Source: a virus. From it: a stretch of DNA of 37,845 nucleotides. The stretch's first letter is position 1. The number at the start of each line of letters is the position of its first letter. Position numbers and translations under genes: made by a program. Below are positions 25,432 to 34,341 of the stretch, piece by piece. The notes under the pieces were generated by a model. That model was not told where the DNA came from, did no database searches, and saw nothing but the letters and a program-made list of their open reading frames with translations. The stretch is taken from positions 1 to 37,845 of the IMG/VR virus record IMGVR_UViG_3300045988_066923. One strand, 5' to 3'.

Positions 25432-26467
25432 CGTCCGCTTCCGCGTCGACGTGCTCCGAAACGGCGCGCCCATCACGCAACTGCAATGGGACACAGGCAG
25501 CCCACCGCAGATCATGAGCGACCGCGCCGCGAACATCCACGGCACGCTCAAGGGCAGTTTTCTTCCCAATGCCGTAGCGGCGTGGGAATCGGACGAGCTG
25601 CGGCCATGGATCATCGTAAATGGGACGGAGCACTCTCTCGGCATCTATCAGGCTGCGACCGTCAGCCAAAAAGGAAGCGCGGGCAGCACGCGCATAGAGA
25701 TCGAAGCCTACGACCGCTGCTGGCGCGTGTATACGCAAAAAACCGAGACGATCCTGCATCTTGCCGCTGGCTCGTCGTACATCACCGAGATCCGCAAGCT
25801 GCTGACAGACTGCGGCATCTCGCTCGTGATCGCAACGCCAAACGCCGCTGTGCTGGCGACAGACCGCGAAGACTGGCCGATTGGAACAAGCTATCTGACA
25901 ATCGTGAACGCGCTGCTGTCCGAGATCAATTACGAAAGCCTCTGGTTTGACGCGGACGGCGTGTGCCGCCTCGAACCGTATCAGGAGCCATCCGCCGCCA
26001 TCATCGACTGGCGCTACGGCGTGACGGACCTGTTTCTCCCGGAGAAACATCCGGGCCCGGACTGGTCGGACGAAACGGACATTTTTGATGCGCCGAACGT
26101 TTTCGTCGTGACCTGCAACAACCCGGATATGGACGCAGCAATGGTGGCAACCGCCGTCAACGACAATCCGGCGTCCAAAAAATCCACCTTCAAGCGCGGC
26201 ATGCGCATTACCTCCGTCGAGCGGGTAGACAATATCGCCTCGCAGGACGAATTGCAGGCCTACGCCGACAAGCGCCGCAACGAGTCGCTGCTTGCTACGC
26301 GCGCCATTACATTTTACACGCTCAATGAGCCGGGGCACGGCGTCGGCGATATCCTCGCCCTGACGCACGACGACCTCGGAGGCATCTACCTTGAGACCGG
26401 CTGGTCGATCACGATGCAGGCCGGCAGCCTCATGACACACTCTGCAAAAAGGACGGTGATCGCATAA
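25421..26467 (+). CDS. Tail-tip / baseplate hub-like protein (Tal-like)
   Basis: Called from its position after the Dit gene. TTG start overlaps the upstream gene. Confidence 0.6.
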   Translation: MTRDVRFRVDVLRNGAPITQLQWDTGSPPQIMSDRAANIHGTLKGSFLPNAVAAWESDELRPWIIVNGTEHSLGIYQAATVSQKGSAGSTRIEIEAYDRCWRVYTQKTETILHLAAGSSYITEIRKLLTDCGISLVIATPNAAVLATDREDWPIGTSYLTIVNALLSEINYESLWFDADGVCRLEPYQEPSAAIIDWRYGVTDLFLPEKHPGPDWSDETDIFDAPNVFVVTCNNPDMDAAMVATAVNDNPASKKSTFKRGMRITSVERVDNIASQDELQAYADKRRNESLLATRAITFYTLNEPGHGVGDILALTHDDLGGIYLETGWSITMQAGSLMTHSAKRTVIA

Positions 26468-26949
26468 TGGAGGGAATCGACAGCCTGTTTGTGACGAATA
26501 TCGAGATGCCGGACGAAAATCTGCCGGAGAACTTTCTGGCGACCGTCGGCGCGGTCTACGAAGACGGCCTGTCCCTCATTTTGGAGGGGCAAATCGAGGC
26601 CACGACGAAGCATTACAAATGCAACACGTCGGCCACCTTCGCCGCAGGCGACCGCGTCAAGGTCGCGCGGATCTCCGGCAGCTATATCGTCGAGTACGTC
26701 GTAGGCCCGCCGGGCAGCGGGGGAAGTGGAGAGTATCAAGACAGGATTGTAAAAGACGGATACGGCATCTGGATGAGCGGGAGATTTGTAACACCATTAT
26801 CCAGAAACGAATCAGTCGGAGCAACAAACAACTGGTTTAGAGGAATGTCGGCGGCGGGGTTCTATGTTTGTTACAACACAAATATTCGGGCCGTGCTGGA
26901 GTGCAACAGCGCCGGAAAGCTGCTCGTGAACGGCTCAGTGATTGCATAG
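26467..26949 (+). CDS. Tail-tip associated structural protein
   Basis: ATG overlaps the upstream stop; called from position. Confidence 0.55.
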   Translation: MEGIDSLFVTNIEMPDENLPENFLATVGAVYEDGLSLILEGQIEATTKHYKCNTSATFAAGDRVKVARISGSYIVEYVVGPPGSGGSGEYQDRIVKDGYGIWMSGRFVTPLSRNESVGATNNWFRGMSAAGFYVCYNTNIRAVLECNSAGKLLVNGSVIA

Positions 26950-26962
26950 GAGGCGAAATAAC

Positions 26963-27538
26963 ATGATCCAGATCCACATCACAAAAGCCTGCGCGCATCT
27001 GTGCTCGCCGCCGGAGCTTCTGACGGCGGGCATGGCGAAGGCCGTCGGCGTCGAATTCGCGTTTTCATCCGACTGGGACGGCCTGACGAAGACGGCAGTC
27101 TTTACAAACAGGAAGAAAACTGTAGACGTGCTGGAATCCGAGTGGGACGGAAACCGTCTGATCGTACCGTATGAGATCCTTGCTGACGCCGGGCTGATCG
27201 CCCGCGTCGGTGTGTACGGATCCAACGCCTCCGGCGTCGTGCTCCCGACGGTATGGGTGACGCTTGGCAAGGTGCAGCCTGCGGCGGAGCCGTCCGGCGA
27301 CCCGGCTGCGGAGCCGACGCTCCCGATCTGGGCGCAGCTGCAGAAGCAGATCGGCGACCTGGACGATCTCAGGACCTACAACAAGGACAACCTCGTCGCC
27401 GCCATCAACGAAGCCCGCCAGTCGGGCGGCGGAGGCATTGCATCGGCGCAGATCGATGAGATCCGCGTGCTGACAAAATCGGACTATGCCGCGCTGGACA
27501 AAAAGGACGCGCGGACACTGTATCTGTTGGAGGGATAA
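26963..27538 (+). CDS. Tail fibre-associated protein
   Basis: ATG at 26963 after AGGAGG. The motif IGDLDDLRTYNKDNLVAAINEA is of the kind seen in Firmicute phage fibre proteins. Confidence 0.6.
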   Translation: MIQIHITKACAHLCSPPELLTAGMAKAVGVEFAFSSDWDGLTKTAVFTNRKKTVDVLESEWDGNRLIVPYEILADAGLIARVGVYGSNASGVVLPTVWVTLGKVQPAAEPSGDPAAEPTLPIWAQLQKQIGDLDDLRTYNKDNLVAAINEARQSGGGGIASAQIDEIRVLTKSDYAALDKKDARTLYLLEG

Positions 27539-27539
27539 C

Positions 27540-27683
27540 ATGCTGGCAGTTGGAATCAAACGCATTCTGGCGCTGTTCATCGGCTCCATGGGCATCAAGT
27601 CCGCCCATCTGGGCGGGGAAACCATCTATGAAAGGCCGGGCGGCTTTTTGTACATCGAACTCACAAGCGAAGAAAGGGGATAA
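27540..27683 (+). CDS. Small hypothetical protein (47 aa)
   Basis: ATG follows the upstream stop directly; lies within the fibre block. Confidence 0.45.
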   Translation: MLAVGIKRILALFIGSMGIKSAHLGGETIYERPGGFLYIELTSEERG

Positions 27684-27689
27684 AACAGA

Positions 27690-28352
27690 ATGGCAAGCTT
27701 TTTTAATTTAACGCTGGATACGCTGGCCCCTGCCGGGCTATCGATCACACTGAACGACGGCGCACAGTACGCGACCAGCGCGACCGTCACAGCGAAGATC
27801 TCCGTCACAGACGCGGCGACGACCGGCTACCAGATGAAGATCTGGGGCACAAAGGCGGCGGCAAAGGAAGCAGATGCGTCGTGGGAGACGTTCGCCGCAA
27901 CAAAATCCATTACGCTCCCGGACGGCGACGGCCTGAAGACGATCTATGTAAAGGTGCGCGACGACGTCGGCAACGAATCGACTGCGGCCAGCGACTCCAT
28001 CACGCTCAACACCTCGATCCCCGCCGTGACCATCACCGGCCCCGACAAGAGCCGCATTTCCAAGGTAACGGGCTACGACGCAGCGGCGTTCTCCTTCGTC
28101 TGCGATGTGGACTTTGAGGAATACACCGTCCGCGTCGTCCCGGCGACGAGCAGCCTGCACACGGCGGGCACGCAGATCCCGGCGACGGGCGGCTCCACCA
28201 ACGTCAGCGGCACGGCAGGCGGCTACAAGAAGAACACCGCTATCAACGTCACCGTCAAGGGCGCAGACCTCGAATCGGCGTCTTCCGGCGACGGCGTGAA
28301 GATCGTGAAGGTCTTCGTCAAGAACGCCGCCGGGACGTGGAGCGCAGCCTAA
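27690..28352 (+). CDS. Tail fibre/baseplate structural protein with Ig-like beta-rich sequence
   Basis: Called from position. Thr/Ser/Ala/Val-rich. Confidence 0.6.
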   Translation: MASFFNLTLDTLAPAGLSITLNDGAQYATSATVTAKISVTDAATTGYQMKIWGTKAAAKEADASWETFAATKSITLPDGDGLKTIYVKVRDDVGNESTAASDSITLNTSIPAVTITGPDKSRISKVTGYDAAAFSFVCDVDFEEYTVRVVPATSSLHTAGTQIPATGGSTNVSGTAGGYKKNTAINVTVKGADLESASSGDGVKIVKVFVKNAAGTWSAA

Positions 28353-28729
28353 TGGCCGCGCCGGAGTTGACCTTCTCCATCACCGGAAACAAGATATCGG
28401 CAGTCTCGGGATTCGACTCGATCACCGTCACATTCTCATCGGACATCGCCTATACAGCTTTTGAGTGCCGCGCGACGAAGTCCGGCGAGGATTGGGGCCG
28501 CGGGAAGGGCGCTTTGATCGCGTCCTTCTCCCAGACCCCCGCGGGGACGCAGCGCACCTTTGAGGTATACGACGATTTCCTGCTTTCCGGAGACGGAGAA
28601 TACAGAATTTCGCTGTTCGCGCAGGGCGCGGACGGCAGCTGGAATGACAATTATGGATTTATCCCGTCCGGACAGTCGCAGACCATGAAAACGGCTGACG
28701 GCGAGGATTTTCTGTGCATGAAGGAGTGA
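28352..28729 (+). CDS. Structural protein, unknown role
   Basis: TAATG overlap with the upstream gene. Confidence 0.55.
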   Translation: MAAPELTFSITGNKISAVSGFDSITVTFSSDIAYTAFECRATKSGEDWGRGKGALIASFSQTPAGTQRTFEVYDDFLLSGDGEYRISLFAQGADGSWNDNYGFIPSGQSQTMKTADGEDFLCMKE

Positions 28730-28733
28730 TCGC

Positions 28734-29096
28734 ATGGCGTACAACAGCCAGTATACCGGCGCGCAGATCGACGAGGCCATCGGCGACGTGCACGGAAACA
28801 AAGCCGCATGGAGCGGCAAGCAGGACGTCCTTCTCGCCTCCGGTGCTTCCGTCGGGGACCTGATCAAGGTCAAGGCGGTGGACGCCAGCGGGAAGCCGAC
28901 AGCGTGGACGGTGGCCGTCGCAGGCACGGACTACCTCAAAGCCGCCCCTGTAACATCGATCAACGGCAAGACCGGAGCTGTCACGGTTCGCGAAGTGCCG
29001 TCTGTCACGGCTTCTGACAACGGCAAATTTCTGCGGGTCGTAAGCGGTGCGTGGGCGGCTGTGACGATTTCTGATGCGAATGGAGGTAGCTTCTGA
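28734..29096 (+). CDS. Tail fibre-associated protein
   Basis: Called from position. YTGAQIDEAIG motif. Confidence 0.55.
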   Translation: MAYNSQYTGAQIDEAIGDVHGNKAAWSGKQDVLLASGASVGDLIKVKAVDASGKPTAWTVAVAGTDYLKAAPVTSINGKTGAVTVREVPSVTASDNGKFLRVVSGAWAAVTISDANGGSF

Positions 29097-30229
29097 TGGC
29101 GGAATATCTGACGAATACGGCTGACCTGACGGCGGTCGCCGACGCGATCCGCGCGAAGGGTGGCACGTCTGCGCAGCTGGTGTACCCAGCAGGATTCGTG
29201 TCGGCCATTCAGGCAATCCAGACCGGCATAGCCCCGCAACTGGTCGTAACAGTATCTGCCGGTGCGACGGTCACGGCGACGAACGGCTCAAAAACGATCA
29301 GAGGAACATCTGACAGCACCGGAGTCTGTACACTTATCGTTCCGGAGATCGGCACATGGAGCGTATCCGCGACGCTGGACGGGAAAACATCTGACACAAA
29401 AGCCGTAACTATCACGGACAGTTACGCGGTGTCGCTTAATTTTGTATATCCGACACTGAATAAAAATACTTGGGAAACAATAAAAGATATATCCGACGCG
29501 GGACAGGGCGCGAACTATTGGAGCATTGGCGACCGAAAGGCGGTAACGCTAAACGGCACGGTTGGACATCTTACACTATCTAATTACACAATATACGCAT
29601 TTGTCATTGGATTCAACCATAATGCGAGCCTAGAAGGGGAAAACCGTATTCATTTCCAGTTAGGCAAAACGGCGCTCTCCGGCGGTACGGACGTGTGTTT
29701 CTGCGACAGTTACTATACCTCGCCCGTTTCGACAACCGGCTATTTCTCTATGAACAGTAGTGCAACGAACTCCGGCGGATGGGCGAGCTCGCAAATGCGT
29801 ACAAATATTTGCGGGACAAGCCTCTCGAGCTATTCCGGAACGATTATCGCAGTCATTCCGGCGGCGCTCCGTGCAGTCCTAAAGTCCGTTACCAAGTACA
29901 CGGACAATACGGGAAATAATAGCACATCCGCGAGTGCGGTCACGGCGACAAAGGATTACTTTTTCCTCCTCTCGGAGTTTGAGGTTTTCGGGAGCATTTC
30001 GAGAGCAAACTCGAACGAGGCGAGTAAGCAAGCGCAGTACGCCTATTATTCCGCTGGAAACAGCAAGGTAAAGTACAAGCACAACGGAACGAGCGCCGCC
30101 GCTCGTTGGTGGCTCCGTTCTCCGCTTGCGAGCAGCTCCGACGGTTTCGAGAATGTGAACACCAACGGGACAGTCGAAGACCGCACCGCGCGCGCTTCCT
30201 TCGGCTTCCCACCCGGCTTTTGCGTATGA
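29096..30229 (+). CDS. Receptor-binding tail fibre candidate with a DUF6273-like C-terminal domain
   Basis: N-terminus LTAVADAIRAKGGTS..YPAGFVSAIQAI. C-terminus ...DYFFLLSEFEVFG...RWWLRSP.... Confidence 0.65.
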   Translation: MAEYLTNTADLTAVADAIRAKGGTSAQLVYPAGFVSAIQAIQTGIAPQLVVTVSAGATVTATNGSKTIRGTSDSTGVCTLIVPEIGTWSVSATLDGKTSDTKAVTITDSYAVSLNFVYPTLNKNTWETIKDISDAGQGANYWSIGDRKAVTLNGTVGHLTLSNYTIYAFVIGFNHNASLEGENRIHFQLGKTALSGGTDVCFCDSYYTSPVSTTGYFSMNSSATNSGGWASSQMRTNICGTSLSSYSGTIIAVIPAALRAVLKSVTKYTDNTGNNSTSASAVTATKDYFFLLSEFEVFGSISRANSNEASKQAQYAYYSAGNSKVKYKHNGTSAAARWWLRSPLASSSDGFENVNTNGTVEDRTARASFGFPPGFCV

Positions 30230-30612
30230 GGGAAAAGCGCATGGAGTATATCGTGTATAAGCGTTTCCGCGGGAATGGCATCGATGGAGAATTTAATCTC
30301 CGATATGGAACTGCGGTATCGGAGATTGAAGGGTTCCTGTTTGCAGCAGATGGCAGGCGGATATGCGCTGCGACGTCCGAAAACGGGTGGGAGCATTTCA
30401 GGCCGAACACGCAGGAAGGTGCCGAGCGGCAGAAAATGCTGAACGATCTGTACCGATGGTACAGAAAAAACGGCTGCGGTGAAGACTTTACGGATGAAAA
30501 ATGGCCGGAGCAGGAAAACGGCTACTGGAAAAATCGGTTGAGAACCGCAAGTACAGAGCGATTGGAGAAAATCTATCAAGAGAAATTTGGAGGGACGCCA
30601 TGTATGCAGTAA
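30226..30612 (+). CDS. Hypothetical protein
   Basis: ATGA overlap with the upstream gene; an alternative ATG at 30241 has a GAGGGA SD. Confidence 0.55.
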   Translation: MREKRMEYIVYKRFRGNGIDGEFNLRYGTAVSEIEGFLFAADGRRICAATSENGWEHFRPNTQEGAERQKMLNDLYRWYRKNGCGEDFTDEKWPEQENGYWKNRLRTASTERLEKIYQEKFGGTPCMQ

Positions 30613-30911
30613 AACAGGACGGCGCGTTTGCCGGGTATGCGGACAGTATTGTGCCCATCCGACTGCACGGCAACGGTTGTTATGTCCCGTGCAAGGAAGA
30701 TCAGGCAGAAGGATTTTGCGCTAAGATGGCTGTGACTATTACAGATGAAGAAGGGACTGAGCATCAGGTGCTTTCTGACAGGGTGTTTCATCTCCCCGGT
30801 TACACGTTGAAAGGTACGGAGCCGGAGGGCAGCTATGAGGAAATGGGTGCGGCACTGCCACTCACAGATGCAGAGAACGCGGCGAAAATTTTACTTGGGG
30901 AGGCGGAATAA
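30600..30911 (+). CDS. Hypothetical protein
   Basis: ATG at 30600 after GGAGGG. Confidence 0.55.
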   Translation: MYAVKQDGAFAGYADSIVPIRLHGNGCYVPCKEDQAEGFCAKMAVTITDEEGTEHQVLSDRVFHLPGYTLKGTEPEGSYEEMGAALPLTDAENAAKILLGEAE

Positions 30912-30912
30912 C

Positions 30913-31332
30913 ATGAGCACCTACACCGAGCGGGCGCGGGCGCTGCGCCCCTATATCGTCAAAAGCGCCGCCAGTCTCACTGACGCCGACGCGAGTCTCG
31001 CGCCGGAGCTTTTCACCCGCCTGACCGGCTCCGGCAGCCTCGTCAAAGCCGGCACGCGCATCAACTGGGGCGGCACCATCAAGCGCGCCGCCTCCGACCT
31101 CTGGGACACGGCCCAGAACACCCCGGACGCCGCCCCGGCCCTCTGGGAAGACATCGCCTACAAGCAGGGCTTCCGCATCATTCCCGAGACCATCACCGCC
31201 GGCCTTGCATTCTCCAAAGGCGAAAAAGGCTGGTGGCAGGACGAGCTCTACGAATCCCTGCTCGCCGCCAACGTCTGGAACCCATCCATTAACCCGGACG
31301 GGTGGAAGAAGATCACGGAAGAAGGTACATAG
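30913..31332 (+). CDS. Hypothetical protein
   Basis: ATG at 30913 after GGAGG. Confidence 0.55.
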   Translation: MSTYTERARALRPYIVKSAASLTDADASLAPELFTRLTGSGSLVKAGTRINWGGTIKRAASDLWDTAQNTPDAAPALWEDIAYKQGFRIIPETITAGLAFSKGEKGWWQDELYESLLAANVWNPSINPDGWKKITEEGT

Positions 31333-31334
31333 CC

Positions 31335-31682
31335 ATGGACGATGCAACTATCATCGTTACCCTCGTCTGCGCCGTGCTCGGCTCGTCTGCGCTGACGGCG
31401 GTAGTAAACGCCGTCGTCGGCGCGATACAGAAAAAGCGCGGCAAGGCCACGACGCAGGAAACGCATCTTGCAGAGATCGACAAAAAGCTCGGGAAAATGC
31501 AGGAGCATCAGGGCGAGCAGTATCTGGCAATCCTCCGGCTCACGATCATGAGCGAGGAAATGCCAATGGCTGAACGTCTGATTGCCGGGCAGAAATACGT
31601 CACACTCGGCGGGAACGGCGACGTGAAGAAGTTTTTACACCAGCTGGAGGCGCAATGCGGGCATAGCAATGGAATTCAGTAA
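31335..31682 (+). CDS. N-terminally membrane-anchored protein (lysis-cassette associated)
   Basis: TM segment IIVTLVCAVLGSSALTAVVNAVVGAI; sits upstream of the holin-like genes. Confidence 0.55.
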   Translation: MDDATIIVTLVCAVLGSSALTAVVNAVVGAIQKKRGKATTQETHLAEIDKKLGKMQEHQGEQYLAILRLTIMSEEMPMAERLIAGQKYVTLGGNGDVKKFLHQLEAQCGHSNGIQ

Positions 31683-31926
31683 AAAGTGGCTGATTTGCAG
31701 CGCGCTCGTCAGCCTTGCGCTCATCATCGCCTGCGCGGCAGGCGCAGACCTGACGGAGATCACGCTTGCGGTGCTGGCTGAAACGACGGCTTCCAGCGGC
31801 TTTTACCTCTGGAAAGCCAAAAATGAGAACCGCGCGAAGTACGCGCAGAAGTACATGGATAAATGGGCCGCAAAATACGGCCCGGAAGCGGCAGCACGCA
31901 TCGCAGAGATCGTGCTGAAGGACTGA
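31669..31926 (+). CDS. Holin-like small membrane protein (two TM segments, charged C-terminus)
   Basis: TM1 WLICSALVSLALIIACAAG and TM2 ITLAVLAETTASSGFYLW, followed by a Lys-rich tail. Confidence 0.5.
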   Translation: MEFSKKWLICSALVSLALIIACAAGADLTEITLAVLAETTASSGFYLWKAKNENRAKYAQKYMDKWAAKYGPEAAARIAEIVLKD

Positions 31927-31940
31927 AAGGAGTATACTTA

Positions 31941-32240
31941 ATGAAAAAACTGTTTATCTCTCAGCCTATGAAGGAAAAGACCAACGAGGAAATTCGGAAA
32001 GAACGTGAAGATGCGATCTTCTGCGCAAAGGAGCTGATGGGCGATGAAATCGAAGTGATTGACAGCTTCTTTGAAAACGCTCCGGCGGAGGCAAGGCCAC
32101 TGTGGTATCTTGGCGAATCGCTGAAACTGCTGTCTACGGCTGACGTTGCGTACTTCGCCTCCGGTTGGAAGAACGCCCGCGGCTGCAAGATCGAGCATAT
32201 CTGCGCGGAGCAGTACGGCATCAACATCGTGGAAGCGTGA
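31941..32240 (+). CDS. DUF4406 / nucleoside deoxyribosyltransferase-like small protein embedded in the lysis cassette
   Basis: AAGGAG SD. MKKLFISQPM ... LLSTADVAYFASGWKNARGCKIEHICAEQYGINIV matches the ISGPM ... gWe-S-x-G-x-x-x-E pattern. Visibly AT-richer than its flanks. Confidence 0.6.
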   Translation: MKKLFISQPMKEKTNEEIRKEREDAIFCAKELMGDEIEVIDSFFENAPAEARPLWYLGESLKLLSTADVAYFASGWKNARGCKIEHICAEQYGINIVEA

Positions 32241-32252
32241 AAGGAGTAAGCT

Positions 32253-32561
32253 ATGGACTACACACAAATCATCTCGGCAGTGATCGCGCTCATCAGCGCG
32301 CTCGTTTCGGCATTTCTGATCCCGTGGCTCAAAACCAAGATCGACGCGGATAAGCTGCAAACGATCCGCACTTACGTCGAGATCGGCGTCAAGGCGGCGG
32401 AGCAGCTGTACACCGCGACGGACGGCGCGGCGAAAAAGGCGTATGTTGTGAACTTCCTCGCCGAGAAGGGCATTCAATTTGATGTGGAAACGATCGACAA
32501 GCTGATCGAGGCCGCCGTGCTGCAGCTGCATCACGAGTTGTACGGGAGTGAGCGGGCATGA
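32253..32561 (+). CDS. Holin, LL-H family-like
   Basis: N-terminal TM IISAVIALISALVSAFLIPWL, then VEIGVKAAEQL...GAAKKAYVVNFLAEKGI...LIEAAVLQL. Immediately upstream of the endolysin. Confidence 0.8.
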   Translation: MDYTQIISAVIALISALVSAFLIPWLKTKIDADKLQTIRTYVEIGVKAAEQLYTATDGAAKKAYVVNFLAEKGIQFDVETIDKLIEAAVLQLHHELYGSERA

Positions 32562-33268
32562 GCATCAAAATCGGACAGGCCAGCCTTGGAGAAACCGGAG
32601 GACGCAACCAGCAGCCCGGCAACCAGACCGGGCGGGAGCTGAATCTCTCCAGCTGGTACAATGGCCGCTGGCTCGGCATCTTGCGCTACAAGAGCCGCAA
32701 AAAGGCCGAGCGGGCCGCGCAGACGTGCGAGGCGGCCATTAAGAACCCGAGCATCGGCTACGACATGGACGGCCGGAACACGGCATACGAGGCCGCCAGA
32801 GCCGTCAGGTGGGACGTGAGCAGGATCGCAAAGCCTGTGGAGACGGACTGCTCCGCGCTCATGATGCTCTGCGCCGTGGCCGCAGGCTGCGAGGCCGTCG
32901 CCGCGCTCTACAAAAAGCAGGGCAACAGCTGCACGACATACTGCATGCTGCACGATTGGCCTGCAACGGGAGACTTCGAGCTGCTGACTGGCAGCAAGTA
33001 TCTGACGACGGACGCCAATCTCCTGCGCGGCGACGTACTGGTAAGCTCGGGCCATACCGTGATGGCCCTCGAAGATGGAAAAAATGCAGAGGAGGAAACC
33101 GAAATGGTAGAAAAGAGCAAGATCATCGTGGACGGCAAGGAAGTCGCCGTCGAGCGGATCCTGAAAAACGGTACGAACTACGTCAAGGTGCGCGATCTGG
33201 CCGCCGCACTGGATCTCGAAGTCAGCAACAAGGGCAATATCGCCGTGCTGACGCACAAAGAAAAGTAA
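32558..33268 (+). CDS. Endolysin: Cys/His peptidase-type catalytic domain plus a C-terminal copper-amine-oxidase-N-like wall-binding domain
   Basis: Candidate catalytic Cys (VETDCSALMM) and His (VSSGHTVMAL). C-terminus IIVDGKEVAVERILKNGTNYVKVRDLAAALDLEV. Confidence 0.85.
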   Translation: MSIKIGQASLGETGGRNQQPGNQTGRELNLSSWYNGRWLGILRYKSRKKAERAAQTCEAAIKNPSIGYDMDGRNTAYEAARAVRWDVSRIAKPVETDCSALMMLCAVAAGCEAVAALYKKQGNSCTTYCMLHDWPATGDFELLTGSKYLTTDANLLRGDVLVSSGHTVMALEDGKNAEEETEMVEKSKIIVDGKEVAVERILKNGTNYVKVRDLAAALDLEVSNKGNIAVLTHKEK

Positions 33269-33388
33269 GCCCCCGCCAGGCGGCGGGCCGAAGGGAGTGA
33301 CGAAAGCATAACTGCGCGGCTGGCTCTGCCGAAGGAGCTGGAATACCTCACGCGCAGCGACTGGGAGCGCGTCGCTGACGAGGGCTTA

Positions 33389-33541
33389 TTGGATGAAATC
33401 GATCAGAAGATCGTGAATCTTTATATCGTGCGCAGGCTCCCGCAGATGGACGCTGCCGGTGAAATCGGCATCGACCGCAAAACCATCTCCCGCCGCCTGC
33501 CGCACATCTACAACACCGCCCGTCGCCTGACAGGAGCATAA
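33389..33541 (+). CDS. Sigma-70 region-4-like small HTH ORF (start uncertain)
   Basis: Core IDQKIVNLYIVRRLPQMDAAGEIGIDRKTISRRL. TTG 33389 follows GAGGG. The frame is open back to 33269 with no ATG or GTG; ATA 33308 sits 10 nt after GAAGGGAG. Confidence 0.35.
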   Translation: MDEIDQKIVNLYIVRRLPQMDAAGEIGIDRKTISRRLPHIYNTARRLTGA

Positions 33542-33547
33542 CGAAGG

Positions 33548-33581
33548 AGCACCCCGAGCATCACGCTCGGGGTGCTTTTTT
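33548..33581 (+). terminator. Rho-independent terminator of the late operon, shared with the convergent minus-strand cassette
   Basis: 12-bp stem AGCACCCCGAGC / GCTCGGGGTGCT, loop ATCAC, then T6. An A-run lies on the other side. Confidence 0.9.
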
Positions 33582-33590
33582 GCTTAGCGG

Positions 33591-33782
33591 TTATTCGGAA
33601 GGTTCATTTTTCTGCATATACGCGTCAATCCACCCACGTATCAAAGCACTGGGCGTTGTGCCATTTGCTTTTGCGGCAGACTTAAAATCATCGGCAAGGT
33701 CGCGCCGCATCTTGCAGCTTACCAGCGTCATGTTTGTGGCGTCCCACTTGTCGCGGGCGCGCTTTTGGGCCTCACTCGGCAT
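33591..33782 (-). CDS. Ribbon-helix-helix (CopG/Arc-like) DNA-binding protein, 63 aa
   Basis: Trimmed to the ATG at 33782, 6 nt after GGGAGG. MPSEAQKRARDKWDATNMTLVSCKMRRDLADDFKSAAKANGTTPSALIRGWIDAYM has a beta-strand/helix/helix layout. Last gene of the cassette. Confidence 0.7.
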   Translation of the reverse strand: MPSEAQKRARDKWDATNMTLVSCKMRRDLADDFKSAAKANGTTPSALIRGWIDAYMQKNEPSE

Positions 33783-34011
33783 CGGCGACCTCCCAATTTG
33801 CGCGGCTACGCAGGATGTCAATCTCAAAAACATCCGCGTGTGCAGGAATCGACTCAAATTCCTGCGTGAGAAGGTTGAAGGCGTTTCCTCCATCATTCCA
33901 GCCCTCCGCCCCAACGGGCAGATAGAGCTGACTATCATCCGGCCCATTGAGCGTGAAAAGGCCGTCATGCTTCAACGCGCCGCGGACTGTCCATTCTCCA
34001 GCGTATTTCAT
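33772..34011 (-). CDS. Small strongly acidic protein, unknown function
   Basis: GGGGAGG SD. 14 D/E against 5 K/R in 79 aa. Overlaps the RHH gene by 11 nt. Confidence 0.65.
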   Translation of the reverse strand: MKYAGEWTVRGALKHDGLFTLNGPDDSQLYLPVGAEGWNDGGNAFNLLTQEFESIPAHADVFEIDILRSRANWEVADAE

Positions 34012-34032
34012 CTAGAAAAACCTCCCCTGTTC

Positions 34033-34338
34033 TCATCGCCACATGGCGACGCACTTCGCAAGCATACGTCCGCTTGCGCTGCGGATGCTCACCGTTCCCT
34101 TAATTGCGTCGCCGTCCAAGCGCTCCGCAGTTTCGATGTAAACTTTCGTGATAGTTTCATCTTGCGTGAACAGGAAGCCGTCACCGTCCTCGGTTTCAGC
34201 TACGCGAATAAAATCCGGCAGTTCAATTTCTGCGTGAAGCCACGATCCGGGATAATTCTCCTTCTGGGTGGCTTTGATGAAAATCTTATCCGGGATATTC
34301 CTAAAATCAGAACGGATGCGGTAAAGATGTGCAGTCAT
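34033..34338 (-). CDS. Small protein, unknown function
   Basis: GAGGAGGA SD; 101 aa. Confidence 0.65.
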   Translation of the reverse strand: MTAHLYRIRSDFRNIPDKIFIKATQKENYPGSWLHAEIELPDFIRVAETEDGDGFLFTQDETITKVYIETAERLDGDAIKGTVSIRSASGRMLAKCVAMWR

Positions 34339-34341
34339 TTT

